Shown in pieces: positions 19,669-28,490 of a stretch of 64,000 bases of DNA. The position numbers were made by a program, and so were the translations under genes. Within the stretch, counting starts at the first letter, position 1, and each line of letters opens with the position of its first letter. Below the pieces are notes generated by a model that worked only from the letters and a program-made list of their open reading frames with translations, was not told where the DNA came from and made no database searches. Origin of the DNA: an uncultured Actinomycetes bacterium (GTDB lineage Bacteria; Actinomycetota; Acidimicrobiia; Acidimicrobiales; Ilumatobacteraceae); NCBI GenBank assembly GCA_937927625.1, contig CALBSD010000097.1:987-64986 (forward strand), given 5' to 3'.

Positions 19669-20145
19669 TTAGGAAATTTTTCCTTCGTCTCGGCGTCGTG
19701 TCAGCACTGTGGCGGCCTTCCAGGCACCCCAACTAATCCCTGCATCATGGACATCATCGGAAAGGTCTCGCCAGGTCAGTGGTCCAAATGCGTAGGTGTC
19801 GTGAGGCATCACTTGAGCGTCAAATGCGTCTCGATGCGGAACGGGCACTTCAGCCGTCATTAACGCTTGGTTTGCAAAGACATTTGCTTCTCGGATGACC
19901 TGCAACGGGTTGAAGCGCTGCTTGTCGACATCTGTAGCGAGAAGTGCCAGCAAGTCACCGGAAACCTGCTCCAGTGTTTGCGTAATGACTTCTTCAATTG
20001 CGCTCATGAGATCGGCGCCAGCATTCACGCCGCCATGCGAAGAGATCTCCAGCATCCGACGGCTGACCCACGAAGGCACCGCAGCAATGACGGCGTCGTA
20101 CAAATCTTGTGGGTACGTGTCCAAATCATTTCGAGACACATTCAT
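19669..20145 (-). CDS. Hypothetical protein
   Basis: Uninterrupted ORF. ATG 20145 (MNVSRNDLDTYPQDLY) avoids overlap with the divergent sulfatase gene. No recognisable motif. Confidence 0.5.
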   Translation of the reverse strand: MNVSRNDLDTYPQDLYDAVIAAVPSWVSRRMLEISSHGGVNAGADLMSAIEEVITQTLEQVSGDLLALLATDVDKQRFNPLQVIREANVFANQALMTAEVPVPHRDAFDAQVMPHDTYAFGPLTWRDLSDDVHDAGISWGAWKAATVLTRRRDEGKIS

Positions 20146-20237
20146 ACCGACCAACTTACCGACCGATAGAACGCACTCGATTATTCCCACGATTACGGGA
20201 CGAAAGTACACTCAAAGAGCAACGCACGGAGGCCTCG

Positions 20238-22496
20238 ATGACGTTTACACCCACCACGCCTGCTGGATTCCCTGGCACTATTGGCAAGACAATCGCAGAG
20301 TCGACTCCGTACTTCCCCGATCACAATCCAGGTGCGGGCAAGCCCAACATTCTCATTGTGTTGCTTGATGACGTCGGCTTTGCCGACTTCGGTTGCTACG
20401 GCGCCGAGAACAACACTCCGACCATTGACGCAATCGCACAACGTGGCTTGCGCTTCTCTGGTTTCCACACCACAGCAATGTGCTCCACAACTCGCGCAGC
20501 ACTTCTCACTGGTCGTAACCACCACTCGGTGGGCGTTGGATGTCTCGCCAACTTTGACAGTGGCTATCCCGGTTACCGCGGCAAGATCACGCACGAAGCC
20601 GGAACATTGGCAGAGATGCTGCGCCCTCACGGGTACCGCAATTACATGGTGGGTAAATGGCATGTCACGCCACTCACCGAGACTGGCCCCACAGGTCCAT
20701 TTGATGGATGGCCACTCGCACGTGGGTTTGATCGTTTCTACGGTTTCCTCGATGCGGAAACAGACCAGTACAGCCCCGAAGTTGTACGCGATAACACACA
20801 CGTCACTGCACCAGGCACGTACTGGACTGGGTATCACCTCACCGAAGACCTCATCGACAATGCAATTACGTACGTTGCCGATCACACGGCAGGAGCACCT
20901 GATGCTCCGTGGATGATGCTTCTTGCACCCGGTGCTTGTCACGCGCCGCACCAAGCACCCGTTGAATACATCGACCGTTGCGAAAAGAATTATCTCGATG
21001 GTTGGGATGCAGCGCGCGAGCGTCGCCTCGCAAATCAGATCAAGTTAGGCATTGTTCCACCTGACACAGAATTGCCACCGCGCAATGAATGGGTCCTTCC
21101 ATGGGAGGACGTACCAGTGGAACAAAAGCCGCTGTCCGTTCGCCTCATGGCTGCATACGCAGCAATGCTCGAACACTTTGATGACCACCTTGCACGCCTC
21201 GTCAAGCAACTTGAAGATTCAGGGCAACTCGATAACACCGTCATCATGGTGATGAGCGATAACGGCGCAAGCCAGGAAGGTGGACCATTCGGTTTCGTCA
21301 ATGCAATGGGCCCTTTCAACCTCATTGCTGAAAGCATCGAAGACAAGATCGCAAAGATTGATGACATCGGTGGACCCGATACGCACAGCAACTTCCCTTG
21401 GGGTTGGGCGATGACGGCCAACACTCCGTTGAAGCGTTATAAGCAGAACACGCACTCTGGCGGCATCCGTGATCCATTCCTTCTTGCTTGGCCCGGAGTT
21501 GTGAAAGACGAAGGTGGCGTGCGCCATAACTTCTGCCATGCAGTTGACCTTGCGCCCACAATTCTTGAAATGTTGGGTCTTGAAGCACCGACAACAATCA
21601 ATGGCATTTCACAGATGCCTATTGAAGGTCAGTCATTCGCATCTGTGCTGAGTGACCCCACCGCAACCATCAAGCGCGGACCGCAATATTTCGAAATGTT
21701 CGGACACCGCGGCATTGTCGTTGATGGTTGGAAAGCAGTGGCGTATCACCAGATGGGCACAGCGTTTGAAGACGATGTGTGGGAGCTGTATCACCTCGCT
21801 GAAGACTTCAATGAGTGCAACGACCTCGCGGCGAAAGAGCCTGAACGACTTGCTGCATTAATTGAACTGTGGTGGCAGGAAGCCGACAAGAACAAAGTTC
21901 TTCCACTTGACGATCGCTTCGCGCCTCGATTTGCAGAGAACGCCGAACGTCATCGCGGAAACCGTTCGCGCTACACCTTCTGGAAAGGCATGGGCCACAT
22001 TCCATCCGACGTCGCACCGGATTTGCGCAGTCGTTCGTACACCATCTCGGCATACATCGATGTTCCTGCAGAAGGCTGCGAGGGTGTCCTCATTTCTCAC
22101 GGTGACTTAACCAGTGGATACAGCCTCTTCATCCGCGACGGTTATCTCGAACATGACCTCAACATTGGTGGCAGCCATCAGATGTTGAAGTCAGATCGAA
22201 AGATCACTCCCGGTGCTCACATCGTTGGTGTTCGCATGAAGCGCAATGGCAATGAGGGAACACTCACGATGTTCATCGATGATGTTGAAGTGGGCACCAT
22301 GACCACCGAAAACATCTTCTGGCTCTTGATCTCATGGTCAGGACTTGACATTGGCCTTGACCGAGGAACGCCTGTGAGCCACTACAACTCACCATTCGTT
22401 TTCACGGGGGACCTCTTCAAAGTGGAAATCAACTTGGACGACGACCAAGTTCTTGACTTCCATGGCGCAAGCCGCGCCACCATGGCACGCGACTAA
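20238..22496 (+). CDS. Arylsulfatase (type I sulfatase with long C-terminal beta-sandwich extension)
   Basis: ATG 20238 is preceded by GGAGG at 6-nt spacing. NILIVLLDDVGFADFGCYG, active-site segment MCSTTRAALLTGRNHH, and MVMSDNG. Length is about 750 aa, as in actinobacterial AtsA-type enzymes. Confidence 0.85.
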   Translation: MTFTPTTPAGFPGTIGKTIAESTPYFPDHNPGAGKPNILIVLLDDVGFADFGCYGAENNTPTIDAIAQRGLRFSGFHTTAMCSTTRAALLTGRNHHSVGVGCLANFDSGYPGYRGKITHEAGTLAEMLRPHGYRNYMVGKWHVTPLTETGPTGPFDGWPLARGFDRFYGFLDAETDQYSPEVVRDNTHVTAPGTYWTGYHLTEDLIDNAITYVADHTAGAPDAPWMMLLAPGACHAPHQAPVEYIDRCEKNYLDGWDAARERRLANQIKLGIVPPDTELPPRNEWVLPWEDVPVEQKPLSVRLMAAYAAMLEHFDDHLARLVKQLEDSGQLDNTVIMVMSDNGASQEGGPFGFVNAMGPFNLIAESIEDKIAKIDDIGGPDTHSNFPWGWAMTANTPLKRYKQNTHSGGIRDPFLLAWPGVVKDEGGVRHNFCHAVDLAPTILEMLGLEAPTTINGISQMPIEGQSFASVLSDPTATIKRGPQYFEMFGHRGIVVDGWKAVAYHQMGTAFEDDVWELYHLAEDFNECNDLAAKEPERLAALIELWWQEADKNKVLPLDDRFAPRFAENAERHRGNRSRYTFWKGMGHIPSDVAPDLRSRSYTISAYIDVPAEGCEGVLISHGDLTSGYSLFIRDGYLEHDLNIGGSHQMLKSDRKITPGAHIVGVRMKRNGNEGTLTMFIDDVEVGTMTTENIFWLLISWSGLDIGLDRGTPVSHYNSPFVFTGDLFKVEINLDDDQVLDFHGASRATMARD

Positions 22497-23687
22497 TTAC
22501 CGCCTGCCGCCAGCCGGCACATCGCGGAAGGGCATGTCCCTGTCCACTTCAGGTTCCTTTGGTAATCCCAAAATGCGCTCGCCGATGATGTTGCGTTGTA
22601 CCTGGTCTGTTCCGCCACCAATGGAAGTGAAATACGCATTCAGTTGTGAATAGTTCGCATCACGTGCTCGTGGATTCTGATCGCCGTCAAGCGTTCCCTC
22701 TGCCCCCAACAATTCGCCTTGGATGTGTCCGGCAAAGTGCAAGAGACCACTCATCGCCAACTTTCCAAAAGATGCCAACGGAGATGAACCGCCACCAGCC
22801 GCCATTGCTTTGGAACGGTCATTGTTCCAATCATTTACCAAGCGCATGCAATGCAACTTCGCCAACTTTTGCCGCATCGCTGGGTCGGTATTTTTCCCAA
22901 CAGATTGCGCAAGCTTTACTAATGACAAATCAGGCAATGGAATATGCCCCATTGCAGTTGCCGTTGCACCACCAGCTGGACCACGCGGTCCACGACGAGA
23001 GATACCCATCATCGCGCGTTCGTATGCGAGTGCACTCTGAAGCACCCACCATCCCTGATTGAGTTCACCCAACATATTGACGGCAGGAATACGTGCGTCG
23101 GTGATGAACACCTCGTTGAAGCGAGAGTCACCAGTTGCTTGTCGCAGTGGTCGTACTTCGACACCAGCCTGCTTCATTGGTAAATAGAAAAAGGAAATTC
23201 CGCGGTGCTTTGGCTGATCCCAATCGGTGCGCGCAATCAACATTCCGAAGTCGGCATCTTTGGCTCCCGAGGTCCACACCTTCTGACCGTTAATAATCCA
23301 TTCGTCGCCATCGCGTACTGCAGTCGTACGAATGCCAGCTAAGTCAGATCCTGCGCCCGGTTCGCTGTACAACAAGCACATTGCGATTTCATCCATCAAC
23401 AACGGACGAATGAATTTTGCCTTCAACTCTGCAGTGCCAAAACCAACAACAGCACCTGCCCACAAGTTGGACTTGTCTTGGCCGGTGCCAGGTGCCCCAG
23501 CTGCAATAAACAGGGCTTCTACTTCCATTGCAGTGTCGTCATCGAGAGCTCGACCCATGCAATCTTCTGGCCACCGCAATGCAGCCCATCGATGATCAAT
23601 GACGAGTTCTTTCCATTTCGCCAAGTCCATCTCTGGCGACCAATGCGTCGCAAGAAATTCACGTGCTTCATCAATTACGTTTGCCAT
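22497..23687 (-). CDS. Acyl-CoA dehydrogenase family protein
   Basis: ACAD fold motifs (YSEPGAGSDLAGIRTTA, INGQKVWTSGA, C-terminal GGGTDQVQRNIIGERILGLP). ATG 23687. Its stop abuts the sulfatase stop. Confidence 0.9.
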   Translation of the reverse strand: MANVIDEAREFLATHWSPEMDLAKWKELVIDHRWAALRWPEDCMGRALDDDTAMEVEALFIAAGAPGTGQDKSNLWAGAVVGFGTAELKAKFIRPLLMDEIAMCLLYSEPGAGSDLAGIRTTAVRDGDEWIINGQKVWTSGAKDADFGMLIARTDWDQPKHRGISFFYLPMKQAGVEVRPLRQATGDSRFNEVFITDARIPAVNMLGELNQGWWVLQSALAYERAMMGISRRGPRGPAGGATATAMGHIPLPDLSLVKLAQSVGKNTDPAMRQKLAKLHCMRLVNDWNNDRSKAMAAGGGSSPLASFGKLAMSGLLHFAGHIQGELLGAEGTLDGDQNPRARDANYSQLNAYFTSIGGGTDQVQRNIIGERILGLPKEPEVDRDMPFRDVPAGGRR

Positions 23688-23748
23688 GCGCCCCACGTTT
23701 CAACAGCCATCAACTTAGACGCACCTCATTGCTGCATCGAAGTTCGAG

Positions 23749-24132
23749 CTAGAGAACTCGAGACTGGCGATACTTGCGAATGAGTCCAACTAATGAGAAC
23801 GAACCAAGGATCGTGAACGCGCCGATGATGATTGCATAGGTCAATGCGGGCATGGACTTTCCCGCCGCCAACATGTAGAGATCTGGCGCAATAAACCCAA
23901 CGACACCCATGACCCCCCACCAAAAGGCCGGTGTCCGACGATGGTCAATCAGGCTCGTCACACAACGGGCAGATCCGATTCCATAAGGAATCGAGGACCC
24001 AATCTCTACAACCGCGAAAATCATCGTGTTGACGCCATATTTCGAAAGCCACGTATCGACCGCGAAAATGCGAAAACATGCCCACCCAGCCACCGCTAAT
24101 AGCCATGCATATTGAAGTATCCGACGGCGCAT
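23749..24132 (-). CDS. Hypothetical 4-TM membrane protein
   Basis: 127 aa, four hydrophobic helices, ATG start. No recognisable family. Confidence 0.5.
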   Translation of the reverse strand: MRRRILQYAWLLAVAGWACFRIFAVDTWLSKYGVNTMIFAVVEIGSSIPYGIGSARCVTSLIDHRRTPAFWWGVMGVVGFIAPDLYMLAAGKSMPALTYAIIIGAFTILGSFSLVGLIRKYRQSRVL

Positions 24133-24256
24133 TCAGACGACCTTAGGTCGGTTCCATCGTTAGCATGGGTACATCAGTAATGCAGACCAAACTTCCTCAG
24201 AGGCGCGTCTCGACCTCTCGATTCACTTACTCACCGTCACTGGTGTTCTTGCCGGC

Positions 24257-24892
24257 ATGGCAGCACTTGTTTCGGTGGTCGACGACTCCCCTCGCCTTGC
24301 AATTGTGTGGCTTCTGGTTGCCCAGGTCATCGATGGCATCGACGGCCCGATCGCTCGACGTTGGCTCAGCGACACCGCGAAGCCCAAGTACGACGGCTAC
24401 ATCTTGGACCTTGTCATTGACTACGTCACGTGTGTCCTGGTGCCAGCCTTCTTCATGTATCGATTTAACGTTGTGCCGCACAATGCCATCGGCATGGCCT
24501 CAATCGCTGCCGTGCTTGGCTCATCAGCTCTGTGGTTCAGCCGCACCACAATCGAAAACGAAGAACACTGGTTCCTTGGCTTCCCCTCTTCGTGGAACAT
24601 GATTATTCCCACACTTTTTATTGTGTCTCCTCGCACGGACATCAACGTCCTTGTATGCGTTGCGCTTTCGATGCTGTCTCTCACCGATGTTCAATTCCCA
24701 CACGTATTGAAAGTGAAGACGTACCGCCGTTGCACAATGACTGCGATGATTCTGTGGAGTCTTCTCATGGTGCTGAACAGTTACACGCTTCCTGACACCA
24801 ACGTTGTTGCGAAGTACGCGATGATTCTCGGACCAGCGTGGCTTGCGTTTGTCGTCGTAACTCGACTCATCAATAACCGCACCGCTGATTAG
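24257..24892 (+). CDS. CDP-alcohol phosphatidyltransferase, phosphatidylcholine synthase (Pcs)-like. The 5' end is problematic (see findings).
   Basis: DGIDGPIARR...YDGYILDLVIDYVTCVLVPAF matches the CDP-OH_P_transf D-G-x2-A-R...D-x3-D motif in the Pcs arrangement, with FLGFPSSWNM downstream. The first in-frame start is ATG 24257, but conserved-looking sequence continues upstream to the stop at 24161. Confidence 0.7.
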   Translation: MAALVSVVDDSPRLAIVWLLVAQVIDGIDGPIARRWLSDTAKPKYDGYILDLVIDYVTCVLVPAFFMYRFNVVPHNAIGMASIAAVLGSSALWFSRTTIENEEHWFLGFPSSWNMIIPTLFIVSPRTDINVLVCVALSMLSLTDVQFPHVLKVKTYRRCTMTAMILWSLLMVLNSYTLPDTNVVAKYAMILGPAWLAFVVVTRLINNRTAD

Positions 24893-24894
24893 TC

Positions 24895-25344
24895 ATGCGT
24901 GCTCTGATTCAGAGAGTTCTTCACGCATCTGTCGATGCAGAAGTAGATGGTCAAACAATTCGCACTGGCGAGATCGAAAAGGGTTTGCTTGTTTTCGTTG
25001 GTGTGACACATACGGACACTGAGCAGAATGCCGTAAAAATGGCCGACAAGATCTGGAATCTTCGCATGATGGAAGACGCCGATGGTGTGATGAATTTGTC
25101 CGTTGCAGACACCACAAAGAATGTCTTAGTAGTCAGTCAATTCACGTTGTACGGCGATGCGAATTCCGGTCGTCGTCCATCTTGGATTTCTGCGGCAAAG
25201 CCCGAAGCGGCTGAACCACTTGTCACCAAAGTTGTCGATGAATTGCGGCGCCTCGGCGCCAACGTTGAGACAGGTCGTTTCCGCACCTACATGCAGGTGT
25301 CGTTGGTGAACGACGGTCCATCCACTTTGATGCTGGAGAACTAA
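24895..25344 (+). CDS. dtd: D-aminoacyl-tRNA deacylase
   Basis: MRALIQRV...GLLVFVGV...SQFTLYGD...GRRPSW...NDGPSTL is the canonical Dtd pattern. 149 aa. Confidence 0.92.
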   Translation: MRALIQRVLHASVDAEVDGQTIRTGEIEKGLLVFVGVTHTDTEQNAVKMADKIWNLRMMEDADGVMNLSVADTTKNVLVVSQFTLYGDANSGRRPSWISAAKPEAAEPLVTKVVDELRRLGANVETGRFRTYMQVSLVNDGPSTLMLEN

Positions 25345-25405
25345 TAATTCCTTTGCCAATTGACATTTGAGCGCCACACATGGCGTCATGTCACAGAAAT
25401 CCAAG

Positions 25406-25423
25406 TATCAACTTAAGTTGATA
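25406..25423. promoter_or_regulatory. Perfect 18-bp palindrome TATCAACTTAAGTTGATA abutting the start codon of the toxin-like gene
   Basis: Read directly from the sequence. The last base is the A of ATG 25423. This is the typical position for an autoregulatory TA operator. Confidence 0.45.
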
Positions 25424-25653
25424 TGCTAAGTCCAGAGATTCTGCCAACTGCTCGGAAACACGGAATCTCCGATGAAGACATGTTGCATGCACTCCGTAAT
25501 CCAATCGGGTCATTTGATTTAGACGAAATCATGATGACCATAGGTTCGTCTACCTCTGGTCAGTTGTTAGAAGTTGGCTTTGTCCCCACGAATTCACATG
25601 TGTTGATCATCCATGCAATGTTCGCCCGACAAAAATTTTTGAGGAATTTATGA
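25423..25653 (+). CDS. Small toxin-like protein (76 aa, BrnT-like layout; family uncertain)
   Basis: ARKHGISDEDMLHALRNP...LLEVGF...VLIIHAMFARQKF resembles the KHG-x-S/F...ISxRxA layout of BrnT/DUF497-type toxins. 4-nt ATGA overlap with the next gene. Confidence 0.45.
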   Translation: MLSPEILPTARKHGISDEDMLHALRNPIGSFDLDEIMMTIGSSTSGQLLEVGFVPTNSHVLIIHAMFARQKFLRNL

Positions 25654-25937
25654 AGAAGAAAAATCCGAAATCTGGTCGCCGCGCATTGGAGGATATTGAG
25701 GCCTTCCTAAAAGACGTAGAGACGTGGGACGATCTCAATGAGCGAAAGCTCAGCAAAGAGGAGATGGCGATTACTTCTGCATTGCTGGAACGAAGCATTT
25801 GGGATCGTGAACTATGTCGAACAATTTCCATTGCAAGAACTTCTGGTACGACATGGGAGCGAATCGGCCAATTACTGGGGATTTCTCCGCAAGCAGCTCA
25901 CAAGAAATATGCACCGCTTATGAAAGACGCGAGTTAG
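25650..25937 (+). CDS. HTH-containing antitoxin-like protein (95 aa)
   Basis: GAGGA RBS 4 nt upstream. C-terminal helix-turn-helix TWERIGQLLGISPQAAHKKY. Translationally coupled to the upstream small gene. Confidence 0.5.
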   Translation: MKKKNPKSGRRALEDIEAFLKDVETWDDLNERKLSKEEMAITSALLERSIWDRELCRTISIARTSGTTWERIGQLLGISPQAAHKKYAPLMKDAS

Positions 25938-26572
25938 CGAGAAGTCGCGGGGCGACCGGCCAACACGGCCAACAAACCAAGGCCGATGAACAACACGCCG
26001 GACACATACCGGCGAATGAAGTACAAGGACTTTCCACGCAATAACAAGTCGCGCAAACTACTAGCCATAAACGACAGCGTTCCGTTGAAGATGCTTGCGA
26101 GTACTACGAACACGGCACCGAGTACTAGTGACTGAGACTTTGCGTTGGGAGCATTTGCATCCACGAACTGCGGGAAGATCGACAAGAAGAACAAGCCCGT
26201 CTTTGGGTTCAGCGCATTCACCAAAATGCCCTGTCGGAACGCTTGCTTCAAGGAAACATGGCTTGACTCCGCTGCGACCTCTGATGGCCGAGACATCAAT
26301 GTGCGGATGCCTGTGAATACGAGGTACACAACACCCGCCCACTTCACCACATTGAACATTTCCGCGGAGGTTGCGAGCACTGCACTCACGCCGAGCGCAG
26401 CAAAAAGTGCCTGAATGGAATCGCCCACTTCAAGACCAGCAACTGCCGCCAGACCGACTTTGCGACCATCTGAAATGCTGCGATTCAAGATGTAAATCAC
26501 GGCTGGGCCAGGGATAAACAACAACGCAATCGTTGCGCCCATAAATGCAATCAGCGTGGACATCTCGGGCAT
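25934..26572 (-). CDS. LysE/RhtB family amino-acid exporter
   Basis: 212 aa, 6 TM. N-terminal FMGATIALLFIPGPAVIYILNRS and NPKTGLFFLSIFPQF match the LysE family. Confidence 0.85.
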   Translation of the reverse strand: MPEMSTLIAFMGATIALLFIPGPAVIYILNRSISDGRKVGLAAVAGLEVGDSIQALFAALGVSAVLATSAEMFNVVKWAGVVYLVFTGIRTLMSRPSEVAAESSHVSLKQAFRQGILVNALNPKTGLFFLSIFPQFVDANAPNAKSQSLVLGAVFVVLASIFNGTLSFMASSLRDLLLRGKSLYFIRRYVSGVLFIGLGLLAVLAGRPATSR

Positions 26573-26620
26573 CTGCCAAGACTACTCAGGGCGCCGCAAC
26601 GCCTCCCGTAACATTGACCT

Positions 26621-26989
26621 ATGGCTCCTCGACGTACACCAGGTGAAAAAGTAGTGGATGAGTTTCTTGCTGCCGTACCAGAGCCGCAACGCACCACGTT
26701 GCAAGAACTTCGCACGATGTTGAAGAAGATTCTTCCCGCCGGCGAGGAGAAGATTCACTACGGCGTGCCGGCGATACAGATCGACGGCAAGTCAATTGCG
26801 GGTTACGCCAGTGCAAAGAAACATTGCAGTTATTTTCCGCATAGCGGCGCGTTGTTGGAACCTTTGGCAGATTCACTCACAAAGTACGACTACAGCAAAG
26901 GCACGCTGCACTTTCCCGTTGACAAATGCTTGCCCATCACGCTCGTACGCAAGCTTGTCACTGCTCGGATGAGTCAACTCGGCTTGTAA
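26621..26989 (+). CDS. DUF1801 (YdhG-like) domain protein
   Basis: FLAAVPEPQRTTLQELR...IHYGVPAIQIDGKSIAGYASAKKHCSYFPHSG pattern. Confidence 0.7.
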   Translation: MAPRRTPGEKVVDEFLAAVPEPQRTTLQELRTMLKKILPAGEEKIHYGVPAIQIDGKSIAGYASAKKHCSYFPHSGALLEPLADSLTKYDYSKGTLHFPVDKCLPITLVRKLVTARMSQLGL

Positions 26990-27734
26990 GAAACGCAACT
27001 ATTCCCAGGATTGCTAAGAGAAAAACAACACTCGTGGTTGTAGTGCCAAGCCCTAGGCCACCATCTGCTTTTGCTTGAGAGAGATAGTCCCCTACAGAAC
27101 CGCCCAATGGACGCGTGAGAATATATGCAGCCCAAAAAGCAACAATTGCATTGAGTTTGAATACGTAATGTCCGATCACCACCACTGCAATCGCCAATGC
27201 AAAGAGTCCAACGGCAACGGCATAGCCGAGATTGAATTGCTCGGAAATCAAGTCTCCAGCAGCCGTGCCTAACGCAAAGGTGCACAGGATGGACAGCCAG
27301 TAGAACGACTCGCGGCGACTAGTACGAATGGAGTGAATTGACATCGTTCCTTCCACCTTCAACCAGAGTGCGAAAATGCCGATCAGAAGTGCCGAGAAAA
27401 TTCCCGTGCTCAATTTCAAACTCACGTTGAATCGATCGGTGAGATTGTCTGTTACTAATGTGCCCACAACGCTCACGAGTACAACAACAAGCCAGTAGAC
27501 AAACGGAAAATACTTCTTGACTTTAAATTGCCAAATAAGCGCACCGACTAAACCAATTGACATCACCAGAGTCGTACCCGTCAAACCAAAGCCAAGTGTT
27601 TCGTTGATGTAATCCGCGAAGGTTTCACCCACCGTTGTGCATAGGACCTTGATAATCCAAAACCAAATGGTGATTTCTGGAACCTTGTTCAAAAGATGGG
27701 ACAAATTTGAATCGTGGTTCTTGAGTTCGTTCAT
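26958..27734 (-). CDS. Conserved integral membrane protein (COG4705-like)
   Basis: ITIWFWIIKVLCTTVGETFADY near the N-terminus and a second ILTRPLGGSVGDYL half-repeat. ATG 27734 (track start TTG 27767). 32-nt convergent overlap with the DUF1801 gene. Confidence 0.6.
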   Translation of the reverse strand: MNELKNHDSNLSHLLNKVPEITIWFWIIKVLCTTVGETFADYINETLGFGLTGTTLVMSIGLVGALIWQFKVKKYFPFVYWLVVVLVSVVGTLVTDNLTDRFNVSLKLSTGIFSALLIGIFALWLKVEGTMSIHSIRTSRRESFYWLSILCTFALGTAAGDLISEQFNLGYAVAVGLFALAIAVVVIGHYVFKLNAIVAFWAAYILTRPLGGSVGDYLSQAKADGGLGLGTTTTSVVFLLAILGIVAFLTSRVDSSEQ

Positions 27735-27802
27735 GCGCAACGAAGAGTACGACCAAATATTGGTCAATCTTGAATGGCAATGTCCAAGATTTAGTAAAGA
27801 AA

Positions 27803-28477
27803 TTAGATCTGGTGAATCAGTTCTTCGACCGGCGTGACCATGCCGACGTAGAACGCACCGAACTCTGCATAAATCGCAGACGCTTCGTCGTAACGCATCG
27901 TGTACACGACTTCTTTCAAGTCGTCAGGGTGTACACCAAACAAGGTGACGCCCCACTCGAAATCGTCGAGACCCGTGGAGCCAGTGACTAACTGAATCAC
28001 TCGGCCGGCGAAAGCACGACCGCTCTTGCCGTGCTCTTCCATGAGTTCTTTGCGCTTGTCGAACTCAAGTGTGAACCAGTTGTCCTTGTGCTCGCGACGC
28101 TTTGACATTGGATAGAAACACCATGCGTTCTTGCCCGCTGGCGGAAGCGTTGGATACAAACGTGCATTCAACATTTCCTGTGGCATGCCCTTGGCGTATT
28201 CAGACACTTCAGTGAGCGACACGTAGCTGTCAACAATCTCAAGACCTGCATGCTGGACGCCGGTCTGCAATGCCTTCAGTGCGCGCATATCCGCAGCGAG
28301 ACCCATTACAGCAAGGTCAGCCTTGTGACCCAACATCGAAACCGTGACGACAGTGACGCCATTTGCCTCCGCAGCCTTCACAGCGGCAACAAGGTCTTCA
28401 CCTTTGAAGTCTGGGAATGGCTTGCAGAACAAGTGGACGACCGCCAGGCCGACCGAGGGGGACATCGGTTCGCTCAT
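27803..28477 (-). CDS. hemQ: Coproheme decarboxylase / hydrogen-peroxide-dependent heme synthase (chlorite-dismutase family)
   Basis: YPMSKRR...NWFTLEFDKRKELMEEHGKSGRAFAGRVIQLVTGSTGLDDFEWGVTLF...MRYDEASAIYAEFG is the classical actinobacterial HemQ/ChdC pattern. Confidence 0.85.
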   Translation of the reverse strand: MSEPMSPSVGLAVVHLFCKPFPDFKGEDLVAAVKAAEANGVTVVTVSMLGHKADLAVMGLAADMRALKALQTGVQHAGLEIVDSYVSLTEVSEYAKGMPQEMLNARLYPTLPPAGKNAWCFYPMSKRREHKDNWFTLEFDKRKELMEEHGKSGRAFAGRVIQLVTGSTGLDDFEWGVTLFGVHPDDLKEVVYTMRYDEASAIYAEFGAFYVGMVTPVEELIHQI

Positions 28478-28490
28478 GTTTCTAACCTAC

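Noticed and set aside
20193-20954. 253-aa - strand ORF and 211-aa + alternative-frame ORF over the 5' part of the sulfatase gene.
   Set aside because: The sulfatase frame carries the metal-binding and active-site motifs. The others are Cys/Arg/Val-rich nonsense frames.
25361-25392. Imperfect hairpin (TGACAT..GCGCCA-caca-TGGCGT.ATGTCA) downstream of dtd as an intrinsic terminator.
   Set aside because: The stem has bulges and a G-T pair, and no T-tract follows. It could equally be part of the promoter region of the TA-like cassette, so it is not called as a feature.
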